The notes below the pieces were generated by a model. The model was not told the DNA's origin, did no database searches, and saw only the letters and a program-made list of their open reading frames with translations. A stretch of DNA of 60,391 nt, counting the filler, from Sphacelaria rigidula (taxonomy: Eukaryota): assembly GCA_964200075.2 (NCBI GenBank). It is 10 parts of 10 records of this genome, joined end to end, with 100 filler letters (N's around TTAATTAATTAA, not from the genome) between each part and the next. Parts side by side here need not be neighbours in the genome. Positions count along the whole stretch, not along the records: positions 12,101 to 18,050 come from CAXNAA020023280.1; positions 18,151 to 24,100 come from CAXNAA020023281.1; positions 24,201 to 30,149 come from CAXNAA020023282.1; 7 more parts are not named here. The stretch is one strand, 5' to 3'. A program made the position numbers and the translations under genes. Numbering within the stretch: the stretch's first letter is position 1; each line of letters starts with the position of its first letter. Below, one piece after another: positions 12,001-24,255 of the stretch.

Positions 12001-12391
12001 NNNNNNNNNNNNNNNNNNNNNNNNNNNNNNNNNNNNNNNNNNNNTTAATTAATTAANNNNNNNNNNNNNNNNNNNNNNNNNNNNNNNNNNNNNNNNNNNN
12101 TTACACTAAAACCTTTTACATATCTTATCCCCGTCCTGTTTCGCCGTCTCTGACCACCATCTATCTCCTAGTATGGCCATTGTTTTCTCCCTACTGTTTA
12201 ATTTTTGGGGGAGGGCTGCCCTAGAAAGTGTCCAAAGTAGCAACGTTATCTCACGCCTCGCCAAATTTGACAGGACTAGTGGCAGGTAGTCGAGGCACAC
12301 GACACGGAACGTGGTCCCTTGGATAAATTTCATCATAGTACGTGATGAGCTTGGAGGGGCAGTGTGTCCGTCATCTCAGAGGTCTCCATAC

Positions 12392-12553
12392 CAAGGATCT
12401 CTTTACACGGCAGCTGACCGCATCCGCCGCCGCCTCGTGGCAATAAACTGGGGGACAGCAGGCTGGGTGCCCCCCCCCCCCTCAGAAACTCGAATTTTCG
12501 ATCTCGGGGCCTCCGTGTCCCGAAACATGAAACACGTTTTTGACAGACCCTTG
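12392..12553. mobile_element. CAAGG-ended short repeat/MITE (uninterrupted copy)
   Basis: Imperfect TIRs caaggatctct / acagacccttg. Homologous to 4460-4698. Confidence 0.6.
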
Positions 12554-12737
12554 ACGCAGTAGGTAAAGACATACGGCTCAGACAGACATGGCCGAGTCAC
12601 CCACTATATTTTTTCCGAAAGTAAGTTCTTGAAAAGTGATTAATCACTTTCGATAAGAACCCGCCTAAATTATTGTTGAATATATACGGGGAACCTCGAG
12701 TTTGAGATACCTCTTACTAACTAAGCACTTGATCACT

Positions 12738-13017
12738 GAGCGGAAGACCTAAATGACTCACCCTGGTGGTCAAAGCATCTAAAAGCAGGAGCAACGGGGG
12801 GGGGGGGGGGGGACCGACATTACACAGCCCCTCCAGATTAATTCGCTACCAACCAACACATGCAGTAAAACCTCCCCTGCTCAAATANNNNNNNNNNTGA
12901 GCGTGGAGCGGAAACCCTAAATGACTCCCCGGGGTGGTCAAACCATCTAAAAGCAGGGGCAACGGGGGGGGGGGGGTGACCGACATTACACAGCCCTTCA
13001 GAGTTGATTCGCTACCG
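12738..13017. repeat. Diverged tandem duplication (~112-bp units) across a 10-N gap
   Basis: gagcggaa..cctaaatgactc...catctaaaagcagg...gaccgacattacacagccc...ttcgctacc occurs at ~12738 and ~12906. Confidence 0.75.
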
Positions 13018-13877
13018 ACCAGAAAATTCAGTACAATCTCGCCTGCTACAATATATCCCATGCAAGACAAAAACCTATACTCTCACCGTGACAGTCTTCG
13101 GGCTGATACGAATCAACTTCATGGCAGCATCTTTTCTGTCCGAGGATGACGTGGTGGTCAACATGCTTGTCGTACCCAAACGACGGTGGCCCGTGAACGA
13201 TGGCGATGATACGGAAAACCCGGCGGTGGTGCCCCTGACGAAACAGAGACTGTGCAGGAGACTTCGACAGTGTGAGCAACGATGGTGCTCCAAACTGCTA
13301 TATATATGAAGTAATGTTCGGGGAAATACGCTGAGCCCCAGGCAAAGCTGCCGTTCCGATCCGCTGTTTTCAGCACTACTTTTTATTTGCCCAGTGCTGT
13401 AGTAGTTGGACAAGTGATTCCTATTTTCTCTGTTGACAGAGACTGGATGCTCGTCTGTTGCGCCGAAAACTGAGTGCCGGTGGTGGCCTTGATGGCAAGG
13501 AGAGGTAGAGGGCATCAGCAGCACCCAGGTTGATCTTTGTTCTGCCTCATCTTTATGGCGGCTGAGGCTTGCGGGCCATTTGTGTCGCTTTCCCCCGCGT
13601 AAGACTGGTGTATACTGTTGTATACTTACATTTGATCGCATCTTGTATGATGAATGGATCAGTTCCCGGCGGTTTTCCGGCGGCAGAAATGCCAAGAGAG
13701 CTGCCTTTGGGGAAAGCTGCGCTCATCTTTATATAGCTCGGGGAAAGCTGCCCTCATCTTGGGGCCGTTAGTAGCGGGCTCTTTTTTTTCATCCGTTTTC
13801 ATCCGTTTTGTGATGAAAGTGGATGAAAATGGATGAAAATGGCGGATGAAAAGTATAGATAATAAAAACGATTCAAA

Positions 13878-14367
13878 AGGCCGGATGTTATGGCACACAG
13901 ATTTTTGGCCCATGGATTGTTCACTTTTGGGACGTTTGAGCCGCTTATTGGCCCCCAAACAGGGAAAATCGCCAGCACACGTCTCGGACACTTTGTATCA
14001 CCCCACAGAGAGGAGCCTAGCCTACTTTTCAGATTCGCTTGGCTCCAAGGTTTCCAGAGTGGCCGCTGAACAAAAATCTGCGCGTAATAAACTCTACGGC
14101 GATCTTCACAGATTATTGGGCAAACTGCCGTATGTATGTTGGCAAGCACAGGTTATTGCACACACGAATTATTGTTCAGCGGCCAATCTCGAAACTTTGC
14201 AGCCAAGCGAATCTGAAATGTAGCCTACGCATCTCTCTGCGGGGTGCTGCAAAGTGTCCGAGACGTGTGTTGGCGATTTTCCGTGTTTGGGGGTCAAAAA
14301 GTGGTGCAAACGTCCCAAAAGTGAACAAGCCGTGGGCCAAAAATCTAATCGCGATAACATCCGGCCT
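13878..14367. mobile_element. Foldback MITE with ~215-bp inverted arms
   Basis: aggccggatgttat...ataacatccggcct. The ORF track shows near-identical peptides on opposite strands (CPRRVLAIF..WG...NVPKVN.PWAKNL.AITSGL). Confidence 0.85.
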
Positions 14368-14751
14368 AAGGGGCCTTGTCATGGCTTGGGGACAGCTGTG
14401 CTTATCTCTTAGCTTGGGGAAAGCTGCATTCACACCTCACGGCCTTTCCCCCACCCAAGAGAAACGGCAACAGTCGTCAGTGCCCGATTCTTGGCGGGGT
14501 AGGATACGTCCAAGGTCTTTGTGCGTGAACCCTCCCCCAAGCTGTTGTGCAATGCAGTTCGTATGCCAACACCCTATCTACTACGTATGACCCTCGATCT
14601 CGCGACTATCTGCTCGATACTAGCTAGGTTGGTACCGTCGCACCGGCGGCACACAAGTACATATTGTTGTGCTACGAGGAAAGGCTGGCTATTGCTCGAG
14701 GTGCGCGCCAAAAAATAAATGATTGTTTGCAAATAAATTGCTCGTACTATA

Positions 14752-16533
14752 CAGGCTGGTTCAGGCATATCACCCCAAAAACACTCATCGGCAAAACCTC
14801 ACACCGTTTCAAGGAGTTAGACCCTCACATTTTACATAGATGCTCTATGGGGCAGTACGCAACTTTCGAAGGTCGAGGTTTTTCGGCATTTTGACTTTTT
14901 TCACCGTTTTTCGGGTCTCATTTTTTCGGGAAAACATCGATCCATCATCACCCCTGTAAAACGGTGAAGAGAGGGAAACTAAAGAAGCTCGTGCATCCAA
15001 AGTTGCGTAATAACCCATAGCACAGTTGTGCAAAATTTCAGGGTCTAACTCCTTAAAACGGCGTGAGGTTTTTCGCTTTTTTGTGCGCAGAACTTTGACA
15101 TGCCGGGGTGAAACCGCAAAATACTTGATTTTAGTAGGAAAACGGCGTTTTTGAACCTTCTTTGACGTGAACATGAAAATTCAAGCATCAGTTGATCGAG
15201 TTTTGCGACGAAATATTGGGGGGGGCTTCCTCGGGTTATGCGGCAGCAGCTCATCCACCGAAAAATGGGAAAAAAAAACGTAGTGCCGGTTTTCCGGGGT
15301 CTCAGAATGGAGACTACTTCGAAAAACGACTCGGATCCCGTCGGACCCCCGAAAAACGGTGAAAAAATCAAGAAGTGAAAAAACATCGTCCAATGAGAGT
15401 TGCGTAGTGATACATAGCATGATTGTGCAAAGTTTCAGGATCTAACTCCTAATAACGGCGTGAAGCTTTGCGCGTTTGTGGAGGACGTGGGCTTGAAACG
15501 TGCAACTCCTAACCACTTGGTTTTAGTATAGAAACGTCTTTTGGGGTGAATTTTACGTCATGACAAGAAGAACGGTACAAAGTTTAGAGTGTCTCCATTA
15601 AACGTTGTGCATGTGTTCCTTGAACTATCCCGGGACGCACCATTTTATGATTTTTCTTGAAGGACATTCTGCACCGCCTTCAGGGGGTTTTCATACTGGG
15701 ACCCCCGGAAGCCGGTAGTGAACGGAGAAACTTTGAAATATTGTCAAGAACATAGTTTTTTCATTTGGAGCATCAATACCTACAGAACTGCCAAGTTTGA
15801 GGGCGGTCTAAGATTTTCTGCAACAGATATAGGGGACACCGTCACGAGGCTCCCTGCGTCTTTTGTGCGTATCATAAGTGGAAATTAGACGACGCCGACA
15901 CCCGACATCATCGAAACATCACGGTTGCGGGTGTAATTCGACCCCAGTGGTAACCCTTTTAAGATCATGTTTTTTTCATCAGATTACCGAGCCGATGGCG
16001 GTTACAACGATTTGAAGCATGTGGAGATTGGGTAAAAATTGGGCTTGGAATTCGTAATTTCGATCTCGGAACAATTTGACGGGCGCTGATTGGTCGATAT
16101 ATATTTTCGCCCTTAGCGCTACCATCATGGCCTTACACACAAATCCGGCTATGTCGCGCTCTTCAGCTGTCCATGGCGGTCAGTCAGTGATGCTACGGTC
16201 GGGGTGCACAAATATTTTCTCGGGTTAGAATTGTTAGGAGCCCTTTATCTCATGCAAAACACGACCTATGAAAATATGTAAAAGTACGCCGGGATTACTA
16301 CTTTAAGGTGCTGGGGGTATCCCGAATGAATTTGCAAACGGGAATGCCCTGACCCATATTTGTGTGCATCTATAATCGTTAGGAGCCCCTGAACTAGACA
16401 TAATTTCGCGAAAAAAGTGCACCCCTACCGTAGCATTGCTCCAGTATGATATCATGTGTGCGACTATTGGGTAGGTGTTGTGAAAGGCATTTGCTGATGA
16501 CACAATTTTGTGTGATAAGCGTGAACCAGCCTG
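14752..16533. mobile_element. Non-autonomous Tc1/mariner-like DNA transposon (TA TSD)
   Basis: TA|caggctggttcaggcatatcac ... gtgataagcgtgaaccagcctg|TA. Internal ~80-bp repeats at ~14795, ~14995 and ~15390 in both orientations. No transposase ORF. Confidence 0.75.
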
Positions 16534-16983
16534 TAGAGCAGCCAAGTCTTAAGATCTCACTTACGTTCACATTTAGCTTTTGCCTCAGTTCCACTTCACC
16601 TTTTTTTCTGGGGTGGGCTACCGCGACATCACTGGAATACTGAGTATATCCAGCAGTCGATACCCCGTCTTCTAATACGAGATAGTTTATAATACTCTGA
16701 GAATCAAGGGAACCTCGAGAAACATAATCTACGCTAGTCACCATAGCAATCAACAACCAACTGTCAATCGATGAACCCAATGCAACGCAACGGTCGTGTG
16801 TTGTGAGACGGGTTTGTTCTTACGGCATAGCAGCCGACACGCTAGCGTTCTTGAAATGGAAAAAAACATTGTCGTATGCGTGGTACCTGCTGCATGAGAT
16901 ATCATCACACTGCTGTGCACTGGACCAGAGAGGATCGGTGGCCTTGCCGTCCCACATCTCCCCTTTGCTTATATTACCGCAGC

Positions 16984-17865
16984 ATGAAAACGAAGACAGA
17001 GAGGAAGAGGAAACGCCGTGCTGGAAGAAACACCAAGAATGGACAGCAGCATGGCAAGGAACCTTCAGCCCCCGCCAGTCACGGGCTTCAACAAGATACT
17101 CGAGACGAGCCCATCCTCAGCAAACGCGACCGGGCAGGTGCGGCATCTCCCCCTAGTTCCCAAGAAGCAGCAGGGAGCAGTGGAGAAGGTAGCAGCATAG
17201 CAGGCACCAGCGATGAAGTTAGGAAAAAGAGCAAGAAACGCCAGAGACAGGGAGGCGACGCCTCATCCACAACATCTGTGGTCACAGCGATGGCAGGTTT
17301 GCAGCACCCCAGCCCTCCACCGCCGCTGGTGGCAAGCGACGCCTCATCAGCGAAGGTCACTGCAACCGTAGAAGGCAGCCCACAAGGACAGCACAAGATG
17401 AATAAGAAGAAAAGGAAGAAGAAAAAGAGGAGGGGAGAGAAGAGTCCGAGCGCTGTACAAGAAGATGCTAATGCCGTTACCGACGGCGATGACACCACGG
17501 CTGTATTACCCAATCAGCAACCGCCCTGCGGAAAAACTAAAAAGCCGAAACCAAACAGTGTCACTCAGACTGGACCGTCATCGGCGGTATCAAGCGGCGG
17601 CACTACGAACACTAAACAACCGGGTGGCAAGGTTCCTGGAAGACATCCTTATGGTACAAATGCAGCCAATGAATCCCGGGGCGCTAAAGCTATAGCTTCA
17701 GGGGAGAAGGCGGCGGTTGGGGGTTCGAAGTTGTCGGCGTTGCAACAGCGCATGAGGCAGAAGCTTGAGGGGGCGCAGTTCCGCATGATCAACGAGACAC
17801 TTTATACGTCGGAGAGCAAGGTGGCGCTGGACAAGTTCAGCAAAGAGCCCGAGCTGTTCGATGTG
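16984..17865 (+). CDS. RRP8: Ribosomal RNA-processing protein 8 (rRNA methyltransferase), exon 1
   Basis: Lys-rich disordered N-terminus followed by KLSALQQRMRQKLEGAQFRMINETLYTS...PELFDV, the conserved RRP8/nucleomethylin N-terminal motif. Donor GTgagt at 17866. An alternative upstream ATG lies at 16876. Confidence 0.85.
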
Positions 17866-17973
17866 GTGAGTCTCGTGGTGTTTGGGCGTGAGTGATAGCG
17901 GGTACAATTTCGCTTGAAAGCCGCCGGGAATGCTGCTGCAATTAGGTGTTTGCTGGTGATCTTACTATACTGT

Positions 17974-18050
17974 GGTCGCCCCGGTGGCTCAGTTGGTAAC
18001 CTCATAACCTTCTGATGGTTGAGTAGGAGGGTTCGATTCCCGGAGCGACC
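17974..18050 (+). mobile_element. tRNA-derived SINE head (in the RRP8 intron)
   Basis: A box TGGCTCAGTTGG, B box GGTTCGATTCC, acceptor-like stem GGTCGC..GCGACC, disrupted D and anticodon arms. Same head at 48592-48668 on the minus strand. Confidence 0.8.
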
Positions 18051-18150
18051 NNNNNNNNNNNNNNNNNNNNNNNNNNNNNNNNNNNNNNNNNNNNTTAATT
18101 AATTAANNNNNNNNNNNNNNNNNNNNNNNNNNNNNNNNNNNNNNNNNNNN

Positions 18151-18420
18151 ATTTTGAAATGTCATACCCACGATACCTACGATACCAGGGTATTTCGAGA
18201 TTTCACTACCGACCATACGCGCCCCATCCGGTGTTTCGAAATCTCATACCTACGATACCCACGATACCTACGATATCAGGGTATTTCGAGATTTCAATAC
18301 CTACGGCACCCGCCCAATCCGGTATTTTGAAACGTCATACCTACGATATCTACACATACCACATTATGGGATACCCCGGTAAATACCGGGGGTACGCTCG
18401 GTATGGTACCTTACCTACGG
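18151..18420. repeat. Internally repetitive element (TACCTACGATAC and TATTTCGAGAT motifs), probably subterminal repeats of a TIR element
   Basis: Multiple tacc(t/c)acgatac and ggtattt(c/t)ga(g/a)a units. Confidence 0.55.
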
Positions 18421-19994
18421 AAGCTGTGCAAAAAATCAGTCAGTCGAATTATTACCCGCAGCAGAAACCAACTTCACTTCGTGAAATTGGAATTGGAATT
18501 AAACGAATGATCCTTCCTGTTTTCCAAATAAGACTGCACCAGTGCCTCAGCGGACGAACTCATGTCTCCCTCGGTGCGTGCCTTAAGCATCATTTTCAAC
18601 CATGGGATCTTAACCATTAGAATATCCTTTCCCCATCTACTTTCATCAAGTTAACTTTTGCCTACCCTCTTCAAATGTTTGAACGACGGAAACCTGATAA
18701 ACAGACTTGGCTGACGGTTGGCACTTGAACCCCTCACATCCGCCTTAACTGATTGACGATGTACAGTACCAGTTTGGCCATCGGAGCGCGGCGTGTTTTG
18801 TTTGCTTCATGATAAATGTGCAGTTCCGTACATTCGGTGACCCGACCACCGTGATGACAACTACAGTACAGCAGTGACTGCCGAAGTCACCACCATAATA
18901 CAGTGCATTCAGAGCAATCTCGCCACTCGACCAATTTCCGCTTATATACAACGTGTTCGATAGAAAGACCCCGTGGCCGTGAATTGTTTTACCGAGGAAC
19001 AACTCATAAATATTCTACTCGAAAACAATGCTTCCCCAATGACACGGAAGCTGTTCTCTACCAAACTGCTTCAGTGTGTAAATTGGTCGCACATGTTCCC
19101 CAAATGGTGTGAAACACAAGGCAACCGCCTGTCATGTTATCAACACCCCTGCGGACGTCCCGGCAGAAGCCTCGCTTCTCGTACTGTCAGTGATTCCACT
19201 GACCACCAATTAACAAACTTCCAAGTAAACACAGGTCATGATGCTCACCCTTTATCGACATCCCCCTCAAACTTCAAATTCGAGATTTGACGATACATTG
19301 ATGTAAAAGAGACGAAGCCCAGCTAGTAAAGCTCTACAATATACTCAGCTGGCACCACCTTACAATCACAACACGAAGGGATCAAGCAACGACGACCGCA
19401 GAAAAAATCGCAACATATTGAGAATGCGAAGACTATCCGGTGAATATGCATCACGAATGCACGCTGTCTTATCTAAACTACCACCCTGAACAGCCGTAGG
19501 CGACGGCTTTCTCGTGTCCGTGCTGACCAATGGGCTTCCTCTATGCACCTGCTACGATGTCGTGGTGTGTTTGACGTCTTGGGCGCGACAGCAGGACACG
19601 CTTGAGAGCTAGTCATTCGAAGGGGGATTCTCGCGCAATCCGATTGATTAAAAATGAGCAGTAGTAGCAGAAAAAAGTGATGGAAAGGGTAGCAATAAAT
19701 ATAAATTATCACGCACAATGATACAGCAGCATCTGCATGCTACCGTGCCTGATTTGAAAGGCGAAGGAATGCCAATAAGTTAGAGACGTACCACGGGTCA
19801 AACGGTTTGCTATATATCAGCAAACAAGTTACACATTACAGCCGTTGAAGCGCCCAGTGCCCCTTGAAATGTCGCAGCATGTGGACACCGCCACAAACAG
19901 CTGCGCACGACGGCTCGTTCACGACACCACCAACAACCATAAGGTAGTATGAAAACACGTCGTGCGCTACAATGACAGGAAGAATTGGAAATCG

Positions 19995-20528
19995 TCATGC
20001 TTCCTGCTCATTGTCCACCTCCTCCAGTGCTTTTTCCGTCGCCGACTCCTGTGACCAATTGAGTTTCGAGCCCGCCGATGCCATACTCGGGGTATCCGTT
20101 CCAACGGCGGGGTTGCTCATACCACCAGAGATATTCCGAAGGATGTGGCTGGCGCTGGCCGACCGTCCAAAACGTACTGCTGCTCCGTCCATTCTCCGTC
20201 TACAAGACGAACACATGGACGTGCCATCTGCGCTCTCCACACCAACCAAGCCCCGAGTTCTGGACGAACCAGACCCATCTATGTCAGCCATGATAAAAGT
20301 CTTGAAGGTGGCAGAGAGCTCTTTTATGCTATCCGTCCGGGACAGCCTGGGACGGGGCCCAGTCGCGTGCTTCTTTTGTCGAGACGTCGACTGCACCTCT
20401 AAGTAGATCTTGTAGAATGTGAGATACACGATGCAGGTAGCCTCGAACACCATGGGGATGAACACTGGCCAGAGCCGGAAGTTGGCGTAGTAGAGCATGA
20501 GCGCGGTTAGCCCGAGGATGTACACCAC
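19995..20528 (-). CDS. Terminal exon of a membrane protein, PQ-loop/SemiSWEET-like
   Basis: gcAG acceptor. VVYILGLTALMLYYANFRLWPVFIPMVFEATCIVYLTFYKIYLE forms two TM helices resembling the C-terminal half of a PQ-loop repeat, followed by a soluble tail and TGA. Family assignment is from memory. Confidence 0.6.
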   Translation of the reverse strand: MVYILGLTALMLYYANFRLWPVFIPMVFEATCIVYLTFYKIYLEVQSTSRQKKHATGPRPRLSRTDSIKELSATFKTFIMADIDGSGSSRTRGLVGVESADGTSMCSSCRRRMDGAAVRFGRSASASHILRNISGGMSNPAVGTDTPSMASAGSKLNWSQESATEKALEEVDNEQEA

Positions 20529-21639
20529 CTGCATGCGCGTGGGAAACAGCCACACGACGCGCGAACGATCAATTGCGCGGTTGAATTTCTTGTTTTGACG
20601 CGAAGGGCGAAGTGGCTCTCGGCCATGTCTTCGACACATGCACTGCTACAGCTGCGAACACCCGGCGTACACAATACACAACTCACAAGCACATTAACAC
20701 CATGTACCAGCTGCGATAGCTTCCGGGAACGCCATAATACATTCTTAGCGGAATAACCGCCAAACATCCCGTTGAAACAGAACCGAAGTCTCTCATGCGC
20801 TTTTTTGTGCGCATACACTGCCAAGACATGCACGGTTCAGCAGACTAATAATTGGTATCACGGTAAATCTGCCGTGTTGAACGATGATACCACCAGTTTT
20901 CGTACAAAGTCCATGCTTTGCTTCTGTAGAAACAAGCCCAACAGCTCCAAGTTGAATCTACAACCCTCATCTTAATCTGCGACATATTTCGACTTCGAGC
21001 CTTCGTATGTTGCAGTCCAACAAACTCACGGAGAGGACCCCTGCCAACAAGAAATAAATGTAGGGCACAATGGTGCCGTATCCCGATGGTGAAACGTGTA
21101 CATTTCAGGAACTTTGGATGGATTTTGCGGTATCGAATCCCGAGGGCAAATTTGACCATAATGGTTTCCTTCATGCAAGGGCATGAGAACGGAAGTTGGT
21201 GAGAGCAATGAAACTCTTGGTGACAGCACACAGGCGGCGGGAATGCCGACGAAGTGCTTCAAAATGAAGTGCGGTGTACGTACCGAGGGACATGAGGTGA
21301 TCGTTCGAAACCGCAAACTCGTCCCACGAAAGGAGATGGATTGAACGCCAGCAGTGTCGGTCCTCCGTGCCAACAAGAAGTACATCAGCAGCTCAGGGAA
21401 CGACCCATACTGCATGACACTGTCAGAACACACCGGGCAGCGTACCGTTTCAGTCGCGACTTCCTCGACAGTTGTGTTATCTTTTATCGTCAGTAGCGCT
21501 GTAGTTGTCGACAGGATGGCTGCCGCAACGGAATAGGACCACGGAAGGGTTTTGAAGGGTGTTCAAGCTATAAACACGCGATCTTACCAATTGGGGATGG
21601 GTCATTTATTGGGGATGAGAAACCCGGAGAAATTGAAAT

Positions 21640-23990
21640 CTTCGTATCTGCGAACATCAATCCTGATATTATATCTTCACCCACCTTGACCCCTTGCTTT
21701 GCTGCTTCTATCGCTAATACCAGGTCATTAACGAATACCTTGAATACAGTTGGTGATAACGTACATTCTTCTGCAACTCCTTGTAAGATATCAAAATGTT
21801 TCGATATTTCCCCGTCTAGCATCATGGCACTTTTGGCACATTCCGTCATCCTCTTCACCATTCTCCACATCTTTTCTCTGATCCCAGTTTCCCACAACGT
21901 TTTCCACAGCCCATTTATCCATACTGTGTCATGAGCCTTTTGCACGTCCAGAGAGAAACAGTACGTTGTCAGCCCGGCGTCTTTCCTACCTTTAATTATC
22001 TTCCCTGTTGTGTACACATGATCTACACAACTACGGTTTGGTCTGAAACCTGCTTGTCGCTCGCTGATTTTTTCGTCCTTTTCCAGCATCGTTCCTACTC
22101 TATCATTTAGGATATCGCAGAATGTTTTCCCTACCGTGCTCAGTAGCGTTATTCGTCTACAGTTCCCTGGGTCAGCCCTGTCTCCTTTTTTGAAAAGGTT
22201 GACGACTACTCCTTCTCTCCACCTCTTGGGTGTGTACTCGTTTCCCCCAAGCTATACAGCATAACCATCATGGTAATCATGATTCCCTCCCCCCCGTACT
22301 TCAGAAATTCATTCGCTATTCCCTCTGCCCCTGCTTCCATTCTGTCCTTGAGCCTAGCTGCGCACTCCTTTACTTTATCTCTGGCAGATTCTTTGCAATT
22401 TTTTCGAGCCACTGTCCTCACGTTGTGACGTCTTCACATATGCTTTCGCCCATTCGTTGATCTCTTCTCGAATTCTCGTTGATCTCTTCTCGTGTTCCTA
22501 GTTTACGGTAGTGCTCGACTAGCATTTCTTCATTCCCCTTCGACTCCTGACGATTTGACCATTTGACCATTCTGTACCCGTAGTGTGGCTATCCCGTTGT
22601 CTATCGTTCTTGCCTGCTTTCCCATAATCGCTTTTATCTCCACTTACATTTGTTTCATCCTGCCATCGAAGTTTTTATTTGCTTTACTCACCACATCTTC
22701 CCATGCTTCCTTCTTTTTCTTCTGTACCATCTTTTTACTTCCTTTCGAGGCTTTGGTATACTACTTCCGTTCTACCGTACTTTTGCTCGATATCCATCTC
22801 GCGTGGGCCTCTCTCCTTACCCTGATAGCTCTTCCACTTCCTCATCCCACCAGCTTACTGCTCTGTTGAATACCGAAGGAACTACTCGCTGTGTTCTTGA
22901 CCAGCTGCTCCCATCCTTCTACAATCTTCGCTCCTGCCCGATTTCTTTCCATTTCGGTATCAACTGTTCCTACGCGTTCCAACAGTTTGGAAAATCTTAC
23001 TGCACTATGGCAATCTTTTCTCGGAACTCTTGCTGTTTTTCTTCCATATTTAGTTTATTGATTCTTCATCTGTACAACTTCCTACCCCGCCTATTCCTTT
23101 TAGCTCTCGCCTGTCGGCTTTCTGTCTATATCAGGCGGTGATCTGTATTTCCCACATCCTCCGCGCATACATGTACTTTAATTCTTCACTATTTCTATGC
23201 TCTACCACTATATAGTCAAGAACGGAGCATTCTCTCTCGTCTCTGCGGTTTATGACCCATGTCCATCGCGCCTCTGACTTTAGTACTCTATCCTTCAGCG
23301 TCTTTATCCCGTTTCTATCAAGGAACTTGAGCATTCCTACCCTATTCGTGTTCTATTCATCTTCCCCGCTTCGCCCGATGATATCATCCGGTTGACCTGC
23401 TTTTCCTATCCTTGCATTCGAATCTCCCACTGACATTACTTCTCCTTTCCTTTTATACTTATGTGCATCTGCTGCTATCTCTCCAAACCTACGCTGAATA
23501 CCGTTCACCCTACTCTTCGATTCTGGGGGCATATGTAGATGCTCCCTACGAAGAAATCTTTCGTTTCTCGCTCCCCTGGTATCCTCGTCCATCTGCTCTC
23601 GTCGAGTTTCGTGTTATCGATCACTTCGATAATGTCACACAGGCATTCCTCGACGAAGAACCCTACCCCCCCCCGCTCCCCTGCTCTGGAGCTTCTGTCC
23701 ATTCCGCTTCTTTCCTGTCCATACGCACTCTTCGACTTTGCTTCCTATTTCCGCCCCCTCTTCCTCCTATGACTCTTGTGCTCATACAATATGTAGGTTG
23801 CGCCTCCTTACTTGTTGGGCGTTCTCTATTCTTTTGTGCTCGTCTGTGGCGAAGCTACACACGTTCCACGATCTTATTCTCAGCTTCCTTTCCGAATAAT
23901 CATCTGCTCTCTTGTTTTCTCCTATCTTTTTTCCGTGTCCCCTACTTCTATTTTCCCTTGCTTGGTTGTTCTGCCCCTTGCCAGTTCGGC
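21640..23990 (-). mobile_element. Decayed non-LTR retrotransposon (APE endonuclease plus reverse transcriptase)
   Basis: Frameshifted motifs in order: LRIRSWNV, GGVGFFV, GDSNARIG, SVLDYIVV (endonuclease); QAGFRPNRSCVDHV, LDVQKAHDTV, QGVAEECTLSP, LMFAD (RT). Confidence 0.9.
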
Positions 23991-24023
23991 CGCTTTGTCT
24001 CCTCCCCCTCTCCTTCCGGGCAT

Positions 24024-24100
24024 TGCTCCGTCTTGAAAGGGATGCGTGGTCAATGGTCAAACGACTAAGGCAAGCAACAAATGAGTACGCCCCCCCCCCC
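24024..24100 (+). mobile_element. Element A copy ending in poly-C at the contig end
   Basis: tgctccgtcttgaaagggatgcgtggtcaatggtcaaacgactaaggcaagcaacaaatgagtacg followed by a C-run. Confidence 0.75.
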
Positions 24101-24200
24101 NNNNNNNNNNNNNNNNNNNNNNNNNNNNNNNNNNNNNNNNNNNNTTAATTAATTAANNNNNNNNNNNNNNNNNNNNNNNNNNNNNNNNNNNNNNNNNNNN

Positions 24201-24255
24201 GTTGCTTGCCTTAGTCGTTTGACCATTGACCACGCATCCCTTCCGAGACGGAGCA
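24201..24255 (-). mobile_element. Element A partial copy at the contig start
   Basis: gttgcttgccttagtcgtttgaccattgaccacgcatcccttccgagacggagca, followed by ggctttc and a G-run. Confidence 0.75.

Noticed and set aside
17974..18050. Functional tRNA gene
   Set aside because: The D-arm 3' strand and anticodon arm do not form, and the same head is fused to a SINE body at 48396-48668.
24024..24100. HDV-like ribozyme as the LINE 5' end (ACCACGC resembles an L3 loop)
   Set aside because: I could not build P1.1, P2 or J4/2. The same sequence occurs elsewhere with its own TSDs, away from any LINE.
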